A stretch of DNA of 64,000 bases from Longimicrobiales bacterium (GTDB lineage Bacteria > Gemmatimonadota > Gemmatimonadetes > Longimicrobiales > Gaopeijiaceae): contig OY730414.1 in the NCBI GenBank assembly GCA_963422615.1, positions 248,001 to 312,000 on the forward strand, written 5' to 3'. This document shows positions 51,060 to 61,517 of this stretch, in pieces (position 1 is the stretch's first letter; every line of letters starts with the position of its first letter). The notes beneath the pieces are model-generated. The model had not been told where the DNA came from. It made no database searches and saw only the letters and a program-made list of their open reading frames with translations. Both the position numbers and the translations under genes were made by a program.

Positions 51060-51684
51060 ATGCCGGCATCTTCCTCCGGCGGAGGCCGAAGGGTAGCCAC
51101 CGGGCGTGGATCAAGGGGCCTGCTTGCTGTCCTGGTCACCTTGGCCGCGTGTAGTGATTTGCCTACGGCCGACACCCCCCCTTTCCGACGAGCCAGGTCT
51201 CGGACCGCCCATGGAAATGACCCGCAGCTACATGAAGTCGGAGCTGAAGCGGGCCAGAAGAGATTTGGCATTGTTGCAGAAGCCGGGTGGAGCGGACTAC
51301 GCCCGCACGTGGGGAATGACGCGACAAGAAGGGCTGACTCAAGTCAAGCAGTTGATTCGATTCTTTTCGCAGGCGCTGGGTCCGTGGCCGCATTTCGGAG
51401 AAGAGGACGCTTTAGCGTCCCAGGGAACGGATGCCACGTGCTTGGTGCCCGTTAGCTGGAGTGGTATTCCGCCGCAAACCAGTGTGTCCACTTCGGAACT
51501 TAGTGACGATCCCGGCGCTTGTTATCGCTTCCCACCTCCAATCGGTGGCGGAGGCGACTCGGAAGATGATGAGGATGCGAACTACGAATCATCAAATGAC
51601 GATGACCACTACGTCTGCTGGTAGTATAAATATTCCGGCGATCAAGATGATGGCGGTTGGTGGGTTTGCGAGTCTGAACACTAA
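51060..51684 (+). pseudogene. Frameshifted orphan lipoprotein gene
   Basis: Lipobox LVTLAAC in one frame; removing one C from the C7 run at 51175-51181 joins it to the MEMTRSYMKSEL... frame; a further in-frame TAG at 51622. Confidence 0.5.
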
Positions 51685-51759
51685 GTTCGGGGGCCTTTCC
51701 TGAGGAGGTAACCGGAGCTTGCTAGGCTGCTCGTTTTGCTTGGTGTCTCGTACCAGGCG

Positions 51760-52464
51760 TCAGTGTTCTGTGTCCGATTCATTATCTATTATAGATAAAT
51801 TTGCTGTATACGAGTCATGATCATAACTCCAAGTCATGCTACCTGATATCCCTGGGATGGAGTGGGCTGTCTCTCCGTATACATAATAGGTCGTGGTGAA
51901 AATCGGGTCGACACGGTATGTCATATACGCTGTTGTGAGCAGTGCACGATCACAGTCTGAAGATTCTATTTTTCTGATTCCATCTCCGTAGGTTGGGCCT
52001 TTCGTATCTATATTGACTTCCATAAAAATGGAATGCTCTATTTCAGTAGTCTTATTTGTATACGAAAAAGAAATAAACTCTGCCCTTCCAGGTACTATTG
52101 CTGCAACACCAGTAGATACAACGACAAACTGCGCATCATCGTGAACAACACATGACTCCCCGTCCGCATATTCCTCGTTTTGCTTCTGAAGTTGAAACTC
52201 CAGTTTTTGGACCCCATCCGTCAGTGCAGCTCGCCGTGCTTCCACTGATTCTCCCAATGCTCGGGCAGTCCTCGCCAACGCCTGCGAATCTTCAAGCTCG
52301 GAATACATAGCCTCCAATGCTTGCACTATCGCATTGAATCCAGTTGTTGACTCAATGCTCTCAAGCTCAAGAAACGGTTGATCAGGTTCGACTCTCCACT
52401 CAGGAACCGAACATGAGATAGCGGCTAAAGATATTGCCAAGGCCAGGACAATTTTCATTTTCAT
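51760..52464 (-). CDS. AT-rich orphan putative lipoprotein
   Basis: MKMKIVLALAISLAAISC signal ending in Cys; visibly lower GC than the flanks. Confidence 0.65.
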   Translation of the reverse strand: MKMKIVLALAISLAAISCSVPEWRVEPDQPFLELESIESTTGFNAIVQALEAMYSELEDSQALARTARALGESVEARRAALTDGVQKLEFQLQKQNEEYADGESCVVHDDAQFVVVSTGVAAIVPGRAEFISFSYTNKTTEIEHSIFMEVNIDTKGPTYGDGIRKIESSDCDRALLTTAYMTYRVDPIFTTTYYVYGETAHSIPGISGSMTWSYDHDSYTANLSIIDNESDTEH

Positions 52465-52522
52465 TTTCTCCACATTCGGAACGCAAAGATCTGAGTCTGG
52501 TTCATGCGGCCACGAGCCGGAA

Positions 52523-52550
52523 GCCCCTCCCCCCGTGCGGGGGGAGGGGC
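52523..52550 (-). terminator. Stem-loop downstream of susD
   Basis: Perfect 12-bp stem GCCCCTCCCCCC-gtgc-GGGGGGAGGGGC; weak U tract. Confidence 0.55.
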
Positions 52551-52605
52551 AACGAGCGGGGGACGAATCTCCCCGTGCTCGTTGCAAAACCTTATGTGAA
52601 TAACC

Positions 52606-53949
52606 CTATGTGCAAACCGAAGAATTCTGGATCTCTGGATTGAGGGTGCACTCAAGCTCGGGGATTGGCATACACGATATCCGGGGCGTCGCTCCTGGAC
52701 CGATGAGCGTTCCCCCATTCAGGAACGGATGCTGCCAGCGGTGCAGGTCCCAGAGGCGTCGTCCCTCAATCCACATCGTCAGATATCGTTCTCGATCAAG
52801 GATCGACCACGCATCGTCCTGAGCGTTGGGAAATTCCAGAGCACCCGCAGAGGCAGGTGCTTCAATGGGCTCGATACCGTAAAATGCACGAACCTCATTT
52901 ATCATCTTCGTGAAGGTCCCGAGGTCGCCGCCAAGCAACGCGGCTTCTGCCTCAATCAACCGCATTTCGGTTCCCGTAACAACAGGGATGTCGGAGCCAG
53001 CCTCCGGGTACTTATCTTGCCGGTAGTGGGCGGTGAGCCCGTCTGCTCCTTGGTGCGCACCACTTCCCTGGCCCGCGCAGGTGCCCGTTGGCGTGACGCC
53101 AAGATCGGGATCGGGAGGCCGATTGGGATCGTTCCACTCCCCACAGATTGTGTACGACGCCCTCGGATCCCCATCAAAGGCCGCCTGAACAGGGGTTGCC
53201 CAGACACCCACTTCTGCACGCCGCCAGGATTCGTCCCAGATTTCGTTGTTGTTGGCTGTAATGTGGTAAATGGCTTTGTGCTCAAAGTCCGTGGGAACAC
53301 GGGCCGCCGCTTCGGTCGCCGCTGACCACTGTCCGAGACCGACATAGGCCTGGGCCAGCCCTCCGTGCGCAGCCGTTACAAAGTCGTTCGCCCCCGACGC
53401 CATTCCGATCGTAACGGCTTGGTTTAGAGCGACGACGGCACTGTCGAACGCCGCCTCCCTGGGCTGCAGGGGCCCGATGTCGTAAACCACGTCGCAGAAG
53501 TTTTCGCCCAGCAACCGGTGTGCCAACCCCATGAGCAGAAAGACCCGGGCAGAACCGTCGAAGCCATTCGCCTCTCCCTCAAGTACACCTTGGAGCCGTT
53601 CCCATGCCTCGCCGGCGGCCCAAGCCGCCTCGTGGGTCTGTTCCCAGAAGAAATCCGAATCTTCATTATCGAAGACCCCGCGCCGGAATTTGCCGGTCGT
53701 GAAGTAGCTCCCGGTACCGGCCAGATCGTCTGTCAGGCGAGCTCCTGTGAAAGCATAGTTGTCCACGACATCGTTGAATTCCGCCGAAGCGCCGGAAACC
53801 ACGATTGGCATCAGCTCCCGAGTGTTCAGGTCCTCGTCCAAGATGCGCCCGGGGTTGAGCACCTCCAAGTCGCATCCCGACAGGATGACGACGCCGAGCA
53901 CCTTAGCCGCCATGCCGGCGACCGCTCCCTTCCGATTCGTCTTCATCAT
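52606..53949 (-). CDS. RagB/SusD family lipoprotein
   Basis: LSGC lipobox, EMRLIEAEA, INEVR, ER..WIEGRRLWDLHRW, PIPELE. Confidence 0.88.
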   Translation of the reverse strand: MMKTNRKGAVAGMAAKVLGVVILSGCDLEVLNPGRILDEDLNTRELMPIVVSGASAEFNDVVDNYAFTGARLTDDLAGTGSYFTTGKFRRGVFDNEDSDFFWEQTHEAAWAAGEAWERLQGVLEGEANGFDGSARVFLLMGLAHRLLGENFCDVVYDIGPLQPREAAFDSAVVALNQAVTIGMASGANDFVTAAHGGLAQAYVGLGQWSAATEAAARVPTDFEHKAIYHITANNNEIWDESWRRAEVGVWATPVQAAFDGDPRASYTICGEWNDPNRPPDPDLGVTPTGTCAGQGSGAHQGADGLTAHYRQDKYPEAGSDIPVVTGTEMRLIEAEAALLGGDLGTFTKMINEVRAFYGIEPIEAPASAGALEFPNAQDDAWSILDRERYLTMWIEGRRLWDLHRWQHPFLNGGTLIGPGATPRISCMPIPELECTLNPEIQNSSVCT

Positions 53950-53963
53950 CTCTGGCCCCCACA

Positions 53964-56879
53964 TCAGAAGTTTACCGAGAAGTTGAGGATGAACACTCTG
54001 GGCGGCGCCATGTTGTAGTACTCATTTGGCGTCGCATCACCGAAGCCATTGTCGTTGGCCTCGGGGTCTAGACCCCGGTAGTCGGTTCTCGTCCAGAGGT
54101 TCTTCCCGGAGATTCCCACCTGAGCACTCCGGGCTCCCGGCACCAGCCCCTCCGGCAAGCGGTAGGTAATGGACGCGGAGCGGATTTTGAAGAAGTCCGC
54201 CGGATCCGTCCATACACCCTGATCCGAGTAGGGACCGATGCAACGAGCTACTTCCGCCGCCGTCAAGGTGGAGCGGTCGCCGTCCTTGTACCAAATGTCC
54301 TGAATCCCCGGACAGCCGTCCCCCGGCCACACGCGCCGCCGCACATTCTGGTAGGCAATACCAATGGGCCGAACCATCCCGGACTGACTTTCGCCAACTA
54401 CATCCACGGTAAGGGAATGCCAGAGGGTCAGTCGGGTATTCAGGCCGACCGTTTGCGTCGGGAACAGGTTTCCGATATAGCCTTTCTCGTACTCGGGAAG
54501 TTCCCCGACGGCGTCAGGGTTCTGGAGGATGTCATCCCATTGAATCCAGAGGGGATACCCCAACTGGCGGGTGGTGCCCAGGTCCTCCAAGGGTCCCAAG
54601 TCCGTGATCTCGCTGTCGTTGGTCGTCAAATTCACCCCTACGTGCCATTCAAGATCGTCGGTCCGGACAGGGACAAAGTTGACAACCGACTCAATTCCCC
54701 AGTTTTTCACCTCGCCCAAGTTATAGAGCGTGGCTTCTTCGGTCCCACCGGACGGCGCTTCCTGTACCCCGATGAGGGCATCTCGCGTGGTTTGGTCAAA
54801 TCTGGTGAACTCCACGCTCACTCTGCCGTCAAAGAACGAAGCATCAACGCCGTATTCAATCTCAGAAGAGACCTCAGGCCCCAAATCGGCATTCCCCAGA
54901 TTGGCGATGACCACTGCCGGAACCTGTTCGTCGGCGGATGTGGCTTCGTAAGTCCTCTTGGCGTCAAAAGCACCCGGCGCTTTCCCCGATTCCCCCCACG
55001 CCGCCCGCAGCTTGAAGGTCTCGGCCCAGCCGACGGGGAACCAGTCTTCGTCGGAAATCAGGTAGGAAGCCTGAAACTTCGGATAAGCAGCGATTCCGAA
55101 GCCCTCGCCGAAGGTGCTGAACCCGTCCCAGCGGACGCCACCCGTCAGAAAGAGCTTGTCCTGGAAGCCTAGAACTTCTTGGACGAAGAAACCGCCGCTC
55201 CGGACGGTTACCCTGTTCTCAAATACCTGGGGGTTGTTTCCGTCGCCCAGCACTTGCTCGCCCGGTCCGGCAAAGAGTTCGTCAAAGCCATTGAGGCCAT
55301 AGCTGAATTCCTCATAGACTTGTCCGCCCCACGAGAAGCTGGAGGAGATGCCGGAAAACGGGTCGTAGTCGAAGGTGCCGCTGTAGTCGAAGGTAAGGTT
55401 CCGGTCGAAGGTCTGATCGATTTCGCGGTCTCCGGTTGCCTCTTCGTAGAAGCCCCAACCCTTGAAGTCGATAAAGTCCGACGAAGTATAGTCAATCCCG
55501 ACATTTAGGCGGTGGGAAAACAGGCTGTTGGGCGACCAGTAGACGGCCAAGCCGGTAATGTACTGGTCCAGGTGTGAGAAAATGTCGTTCTCCAGAACCA
55601 GGGAATCATCGTTGCCAGGCGTGTATCCCGCATCTCCCCGGAGCACGTTCAGGTACAGACCCGATGCGTTGTTCCCGTTGGGAATCCAGGTAATGTTCCT
55701 CCGGGCGTAGTGGCTGTTCAGCCGGATGTCTAGCCCCGAGACGGGCTGAAAGGAAACGTTGGCACGGACGTTGTAGTTGTCTGCACCCTGGGGGTCAACC
55801 ACTCCCTTCCGGTCTCCGTACTGCCCCGAAACGAAGTAGGTTGCAGTCTCGCCCCCACCGCGAACACTCAAGTTGTACACTTGGTGGTGGGCGTTCCGGA
55901 ACCAGCTGTTGTTTTCCGGACACCCAGGCTCTTCAACGCCGATCTCTCCAGTCGCATGGTTCAGGATTCCCGGGTCCCTGCAGGTATTCAGGAAAAGACC
56001 GGAGGGGTTGACATCGGCCGACGGTCCTTGGTGGGGCATGACGCTCACACCCTGCTCCATAGAGAAGTTCCACGCTGGAGCGCCCGCCACGCCCCGTTTG
56101 GTGAAGATCTGAATTACGCCGCCCGAGGCCTCAGTACCGTAGAGCGTCGTGGCTGCGGGACCTTTGATCACTTCCATGCGGTCAATGTCGTTAGGATTGA
56201 TCATGTCCAGGGCGGACGGGGTCTGGGCTCCTTCATCGTCGGTACCAAGCGGAGAGCCTTCAATCCTGACACCGTCTACGTAGATGAGCGGGTTGTTGCC
56301 AGCTGTGAGGGAGTTGTTGCCCCTGAGGCGGATCTGGCTGGCCGCTCCGACCTGGCCGCTGTGATCGTTGACCTGAATCCCCGTCGTTCGGCCCTGGAGA
56401 ACATCCCCCATGTCGGTGATGGCGGTCAACTGGATGTCTTCGGAACCGATCTGGCTGATGGCGTTGCCGACCTCTCGCCGCCTGGCCTGGCCCGCAGTGC
56501 CGGTCACAACTACACCTTCCAGGGCGAGCGCCTCCTGGCGAATGGAAAAGTCGGCCGTTGCCGCGCCACCCGCCGCTATCGTCACTGTGAGCTCCTGGCT
56601 GCCGTAGCCGATCAAGTCGACCCGAACGGTGTGCTGGCCGGGCGGGACGTTCAGAACGAGGTAACGCCCGACATTGTTAGCCAAGCCCCCCAACTCAGTT
56701 CCGGGGATAGAGACCTGGGCGCCGGGGAGGGGCGCTTGGCTGACGGCGTCCCGGACGCTGCCCACCACCGTGCCGGCCTGGGCGGCTACGCCCTCCCCTC
56801 CCCCTCCTATAAAGGCGAAAGAGAACGCCGCAGTGAGCCCCGCAAGGCGCGGGACATTTGCGAACCCCAGTAGTCGCAT
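53964..56879 (-). CDS. SusC/RagA TonB-dependent receptor
   Basis: VVVTGT, PLIYVDG, INPNDIDRMEVIKGPAATTLYGTEASGGVIQIFTKRG, C-terminal Phe; AGGAGG RBS. Confidence 0.93.
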   Translation of the reverse strand: MRLLGFANVPRLAGLTAAFSFAFIGGGGEGVAAQAGTVVGSVRDAVSQAPLPGAQVSIPGTELGGLANNVGRYLVLNVPPGQHTVRVDLIGYGSQELTVTIAAGGAATADFSIRQEALALEGVVVTGTAGQARRREVGNAISQIGSEDIQLTAITDMGDVLQGRTTGIQVNDHSGQVGAASQIRLRGNNSLTAGNNPLIYVDGVRIEGSPLGTDDEGAQTPSALDMINPNDIDRMEVIKGPAATTLYGTEASGGVIQIFTKRGVAGAPAWNFSMEQGVSVMPHQGPSADVNPSGLFLNTCRDPGILNHATGEIGVEEPGCPENNSWFRNAHHQVYNLSVRGGGETATYFVSGQYGDRKGVVDPQGADNYNVRANVSFQPVSGLDIRLNSHYARRNITWIPNGNNASGLYLNVLRGDAGYTPGNDDSLVLENDIFSHLDQYITGLAVYWSPNSLFSHRLNVGIDYTSSDFIDFKGWGFYEEATGDREIDQTFDRNLTFDYSGTFDYDPFSGISSSFSWGGQVYEEFSYGLNGFDELFAGPGEQVLGDGNNPQVFENRVTVRSGGFFVQEVLGFQDKLFLTGGVRWDGFSTFGEGFGIAAYPKFQASYLISDEDWFPVGWAETFKLRAAWGESGKAPGAFDAKRTYEATSADEQVPAVVIANLGNADLGPEVSSEIEYGVDASFFDGRVSVEFTRFDQTTRDALIGVQEAPSGGTEEATLYNLGEVKNWGIESVVNFVPVRTDDLEWHVGVNLTTNDSEITDLGPLEDLGTTRQLGYPLWIQWDDILQNPDAVGELPEYEKGYIGNLFPTQTVGLNTRLTLWHSLTVDVVGESQSGMVRPIGIAYQNVRRRVWPGDGCPGIQDIWYKDGDRSTLTAAEVARCIGPYSDQGVWTDPADFFKIRSASITYRLPEGLVPGARSAQVGISGKNLWTRTDYRGLDPEANDNGFGDATPNEYYNMAPPRVFILNFSVNF

Positions 56880-57035
56880 AAATCCTCCTTTTGTTGTGGA
56901 GGGAAGGCATCGGACCACTCTTCCCTCAGGTTTCTCAATTGCCACCGGATCGCCCGGCAACTCGGTAACACTCCGGTTACCGCTCCGGATAATGGGGAAC
57001 AATTCGGGATAGCGCAACTTCCAAATGTATGCGCT

Positions 57036-57821
57036 TCATCGCCCCCGCTTCCGGGACGCCGTGCAGTCGGTCAGCGTCCGGCAGGTGACGGTGACGGTGT
57101 ATCGGTCGGATTCCGGGACTGCCAAGATTGACACCGCGGCCACGGCCTCCCTGACGTCAACCCTTTGCGCCGGACGAAAGCTAAGGTGTGCCCGCCACCC
57201 TGCTTGGTGCCGTTTCAGCTCGGCATTTCCGATCCACGCTACCCGCCGCAAATCCCGTAGAAGAAGCGACGCTTCAGATCGGTTCCTGGGCCCGGTTCCC
57301 AAAGGCAGGATCAGCGTCTCGTCGGAGAAAGGGTGGTTCTCCCGCCAGCGGTTCACGGCAGCGTTAACCTGTCGCCAGTCCCCACCCATATCCAACAGGT
57401 GTTGCGCGTAGTCCCGCAGAAGAAACTCGTTGTGTTTGACATCGGCGCTCAGAGCTTCTTCAAAATGGGAGATCAGGCCCGGCCCATCCCCATGAACCAT
57501 GGACTGGACCCCCTCCAGAAAATCTGTGTCCGGGTCGCCGGGGTTGACCTCGGCAACGATCTCGGTCATGGCCGCCCACTGGTCGCTGAACCAGTCCACT
57601 GGCTCACTCCGCCGGGCCAGGTAGAATTCCCGAAGCCCGACGACCATGCCGACTCCATAGATCACGAAAAGGAGGCGGTAGCGATGGAAGACGATCCGCG
57701 CGTGGCTTGGTCTACGGAAGATGTTGTTGTAACTCGGCAGCTTCCGCTGGCCCTTTGATGCCCTGGCGGTTGCCTGCAACCACGGCGTCTTCGTTCCCTC
57801 GGATGCTCGCCTTCTGCCCAC
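57036..57821 (-). CDS. Hypothetical membrane-anchored protein
   Basis: One TM segment plus a helical region; abuts the upstream stop; start uncertain. Confidence 0.55.
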   Translation of the reverse strand: MGRRRASEGTKTPWLQATARASKGQRKLPSYNNIFRRPSHARIVFHRYRLLFVIYGVGMVVGLREFYLARRSEPVDWFSDQWAAMTEIVAEVNPGDPDTDFLEGVQSMVHGDGPGLISHFEEALSADVKHNEFLLRDYAQHLLDMGGDWRQVNAAVNRWRENHPFSDETLILPLGTGPRNRSEASLLLRDLRRVAWIGNAELKRHQAGWRAHLSFRPAQRVDVREAVAAVSILAVPESDRYTVTVTCRTLTDCTASRKRGR

Positions 57822-58904
57822 CTAAAGCCCCCTCTGCACCTGTTTGTCCCTCACCTTCCAGATGAATGAGTCCACATAGTAGTGAAGCAAAGCGTAGGCA
57901 TAGAGCATCATCTGGGACCAGAGTTCGTAGCCACCCGCGTAGTCCAGGGCCGGGATGTTGAACTGGGGGATGGCGGGGTAGGGTGCGAAGTTGACGACGC
58001 CGAAGCCGAATTCGTCCAGCGGGCGGTTGATCAGAAGCTGGAAGACCACGGCATAGCCTCCTCCAAGGATCAGGAACCAGCGGAGGCGCCCCGATCCCAC
58101 AAGTCGGCTCCACAAGCCGGGCCGAGAAGTGCCGGTGGCCGCGGAGCGCCGCATGAACGTGTAGACCATGACAATGTACTGAACCCCGTGCATGACCCGG
58201 TGGGCGACGGCGTACAGCAGAATGGAATTTGTGTGCCAGGCGACGTAGTACCAGAGGAAGTAACTCGCCCCGATGAAGGCGTACTTGATGGGGTTGATCG
58301 GCCGGCCTGTCTGGACAGTTCTGCGAAGGTGAAGGAAGTAGAAAACGACGTAAACGGCCACGACGACCCAGCTTATGGTCAGAAGACCCTCCACAAAGGC
58401 CGCCGAAATAGGGATGTGCATTCGGTGAAGCTCCCGGATCCAAAGGAACCTGAACATCGGGGCTTGCAGAAACATGTTCCCGTAAAGGATCCAGTGAAGA
58501 GCCAAATCATACCTTCGAGTGTCCGCCAGTCCCGTCCCCGCCTTGAAGTCGTAGACCCGGCTCAATCCATGCTGCTGCATGATGCTGTGTTGGTGGTCCC
58601 ACGCCGAGACCAGTAGCAGGAGGGTGATGGGCGCCCAGATCAGGCCAGCGGCCGTCAGGGAAAAGATGGCGATCGGGCCCACGATGAGCCGCGCCTTGAA
58701 GCGCTCCCACACCTCGGGCATGCCGTAGCTGCGAACCCAGGTGGCGTAGTGGTGAGGTGTCGTGACCCACAAGTTGATTGAAGCCACCGCTACATAGGGA
58801 AGCCATGCCTGAAACCCCAAGGCGAGGGCCACCGCAGCGAAGGGAAGCCCCAGGAACCAAACCGAGTCCGCCCGGCGGCTCAGGATGTAGCCGGTCTTGA
58901 ACAT
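57822..58904 (-). CDS. His-rich polytopic membrane protein
   Basis: PHHYAT, WDHQHSIMQQHG, HRVMHGVQY, LHYYVDSFIWK. Confidence 0.7.
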   Translation of the reverse strand: MFKTGYILSRRADSVWFLGLPFAAVALALGFQAWLPYVAVASINLWVTTPHHYATWVRSYGMPEVWERFKARLIVGPIAIFSLTAAGLIWAPITLLLLVSAWDHQHSIMQQHGLSRVYDFKAGTGLADTRRYDLALHWILYGNMFLQAPMFRFLWIRELHRMHIPISAAFVEGLLTISWVVVAVYVVFYFLHLRRTVQTGRPINPIKYAFIGASYFLWYYVAWHTNSILLYAVAHRVMHGVQYIVMVYTFMRRSAATGTSRPGLWSRLVGSGRLRWFLILGGGYAVVFQLLINRPLDEFGFGVVNFAPYPAIPQFNIPALDYAGGYELWSQMMLYAYALLHYYVDSFIWKVRDKQVQRGL

Positions 58905-59053
58905 GGCTATACCGGTAAAAGCAGGAACACGGCGCAAAAGCAATGTAGCGCCAGATCCTTATTATTGCCCCCTGGCCCCGGAGGCGGCAAATTCATGGCT
59001 TCTGGAGACCCTCTCCACACCTCATCCTCCGGCCCCCCACTCGGGAGCACTCC

Positions 59054-59446
59054 ATGCTTTTCGCTGCCCATTCAGGCATCCGTTTCCTGGTCCTTGCCGT
59101 GGGGCTCTTTGCCCTCCTCTACGCCACCGTAGGACTGCTGGGAAAGCGGGAGTATTCGTCTGCGATGGCCCGGCTGGCCTCCGCCTTCGCCGGGCTGATC
59201 CACCTCCAGCTGCTGGTCGGTATCGGAGTGCTCTTCGTCCGTCCCTTTCACACCCAGCTGATCGGCCATCTCTTCATGATGCTGGCCGCCGCGGTCGTCG
59301 CCCAGTTCACCAGCTCGGTGGTCAAGCGCCGACCGCCCGACAAGAAGAGCTACGGCCCCCATCTGGTCGGGGCTGTCCTCGCCCTGCTCTTTATGACAAC
59401 GGGGATCCTGGCCATCGGGCGAGGGGTGTTCCAGAGCACAATGTGA
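59054..59446 (+). CDS. Small four-TM membrane protein
   Basis: MLFAAHSGIRFLVL..., GHLFMM; GGAG RBS. Confidence 0.7.
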   Translation: MLFAAHSGIRFLVLAVGLFALLYATVGLLGKREYSSAMARLASAFAGLIHLQLLVGIGVLFVRPFHTQLIGHLFMMLAAAVVAQFTSSVVKRRPPDKKSYGPHLVGAVLALLFMTTGILAIGRGVFQSTM

Positions 59447-59657
59447 AGCCGGACTGTGACGCCTGATGCGTTTTCTGGCGATTGTTTTGAGGGGGCCGTC
59501 GCCTTGGGGGGCGATGCGTGAACCGTCCTGCCTGACACCGGCTGGACGGACCCACGTGAGGCCGCACCCCGGCCGCGGGGACCTTTCAGAGCACCCCGGA
59601 CGTCATATGAGGAACCGGAAGGGAACGACCCCACGCGCTGGGAAGCCTCCCACTGAA

Positions 59658-60080
59658 TCACTTGGGCGGGAACCTTAGTGGTGCCACCATCGCTTCGGAT
59701 GCTCTTTTCCTGAGATCTGCATAATAATACCTTCTCACACCTCGCTTTTCTATTTCTTCATCGTCTTCCGCGATGGCCTGAAGCATGATCATAAGATCAG
59801 GATCCCTAAGCTTGGGAGGCCAAGACAATCGCCCCGGAAACCGGTAGATATCTATCCTCAAAGCTTGCAAAGTGCTCGGGCGGTCCGTTAAGGTGGAGAA
59901 GCGTGGCATCCTTGATTCGAGTGCGAGTTCGAACGTCTAGCATATTCCCCCATCGTGCAACTGCCTCTGCTAGTGCATGAAAAGCCCCGAAGACATCGGC
60001 GCCCGCCGCCTCCGGAGACATTGCAAAGTCCAAAATGTGTGGAATGACCTGGGGGCCAAATGACAGAAGTGCGTCCTGGA
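59658..60080 (-). pseudogene. Degraded AT-rich gene remnant
   Basis: QDALLSFGPQVIPHILDFAMSPE...GAIVLAS joins KLRDPDLMIMLQAIAEDD... through a frameshift near 59815; in-frame stop upstream. Confidence 0.35.
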
Positions 60081-60203
60081 CACCCTATTCATGCCTCACC
60101 TCCCATGCTAGATAGGTTGCTTAGCAGGACCAAGCATCGGCGCGTCACTGTAATGTACTTCCTGCCAAGTCCCTTCCGGGATCAGAGAATACGCCCCCGG
60201 ACG

Positions 60204-61358
60204 TCAAAGGGGAACGATCGCCGTGAGAATATCCCGGCCGCTGACCGCCCGGATGTCTTCCGCAAGCGGGAACGTGTCGCGGCCGACATGAACCACATCG
60301 ATTCCGTTCAGGCCCAGGATCCGCAGCGCAGCGCGCATGGAGGCCGTGGCCCTTGGGGCGTCCGTGCGCTTGAACTCATAGCCGTGACGCCGCCGACCCC
60401 GAACCACGAGCAGGTCCAGCTCCGGGCCGCCGTGAACCGACCAGAAATAGCACTCCTCCGGTCGAGCTTTCAGTCGGCGAACAACCTGTTCCAGCGCGAA
60501 CCCCTCCCAGCTCGCCCCGACCTTAGGGTGTGCGGCAAGGTCTCGTACATCCGTAATGTCCAAAAGCGCGTGGAGCAGGCCGCTATCCGCAAGGTACACC
60601 TTGGGGGCCTTGACGATGCGCTTGCCTAGGTTCTCTCTCCAGGGGCGAAGCTGCCGCATGACGTAGGCGCCCGTCATTCTGTCCAGGTGCCGCCGTACCG
60701 TGGTGTGGGCAAGCCCGAAGGCCCGGGCCAGCTCCGAGCCATTCCAGGTCTGACCGTGGTAGTGAGCCAGCATGGTCCAGAAATCATGCAAGAGTCTCGG
60801 GGGCAAAGAGATGCCCAGCCCCGGAAGGTCGCGCTCGACAAAGGCCCGGACGAAGTCCCTACGCCATTCCTGACTGCGGGCATCGCTCCTCCCCAACCAC
60901 GCCCTGGGAAAACCGCCTCGCAACCAGAGCTTCTGCCAATGCTCGGCGCCGACCTCCGCCAAGTCGAATCCCGTGAGTTCGTGAAAGGCAAGCCGTCCGG
61001 CGAGGGACTCCGATCCCTGCCGCAACAACTCCGGCGACGCGCTCCCGAGCACGAGAAACCGTGCCGGCAACTCTCTCCGGTCGGCGAGCACCCGAAGAAC
61101 GGGAAACAGGTCGGGCCGACGCTGCACCTCGTCGATGACCACGAGACCCCGTAGCGCTTCCAGAGCCAATGTCGGCTCGTCCAGCCTGGCCAAGTCCCGC
61201 GGGTCTTCCAGGTCGAAGCGAGTCACCCGCCTTCTGGTCGCGGCCAGATCCATCGCCAGCGTGGTCTTCCCCACCTGCCGAGCGCCCAGGAGCGCCACGA
61301 CGGGATTGTCCTGCAACTTCCTGCCCAGCTCCGCCAGATGGTCCGGTCGGGGTATCAT
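60204..61358 (-). CDS. AAA_14 ATPase with a DUF4143 domain and C-terminal PD-(D/E)xK-like motif
   Basis: GARQVGKTT, IDEVQ, LGSAS, SESLAGR, GGFP, KVYLADSGL, ELDLL..YEFK. Confidence 0.9.
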   Translation of the reverse strand: MIPRPDHLAELGRKLQDNPVVALLGARQVGKTTLAMDLAATRRRVTRFDLEDPRDLARLDEPTLALEALRGLVVIDEVQRRPDLFPVLRVLADRRELPARFLVLGSASPELLRQGSESLAGRLAFHELTGFDLAEVGAEHWQKLWLRGGFPRAWLGRSDARSQEWRRDFVRAFVERDLPGLGISLPPRLLHDFWTMLAHYHGQTWNGSELARAFGLAHTTVRRHLDRMTGAYVMRQLRPWRENLGKRIVKAPKVYLADSGLLHALLDITDVRDLAAHPKVGASWEGFALEQVVRRLKARPEECYFWSVHGGPELDLLVVRGRRRHGYEFKRTDAPRATASMRAALRILGLNGIDVVHVGRDTFPLAEDIRAVSGRDILTAIVPL

Positions 61359-61395
61359 ATTTGAAAAATGAACATTAAGAGTTCAAATTTCAAAT
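61359..61395. promoter_or_regulatory. AT-rich inverted repeat abutting the ATPase start codon
   Basis: ATTTGAAAAATGAAC-N7-GTTCAAATTTCAAAT (13/15 matching). Confidence 0.6.
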
Positions 61396-61517
61396 CTCGT
61401 CAAACTCTCCGCCCCCCAATGCCCGAGCCCGGGCCCGCCTCTTTGGCCGACCCGGGCTCGTTGTCGTTTCTGCCGCTTGGCTAACCGCGCCAAAGCGGGG
61501 GCAAAGCCCCGCGACGG

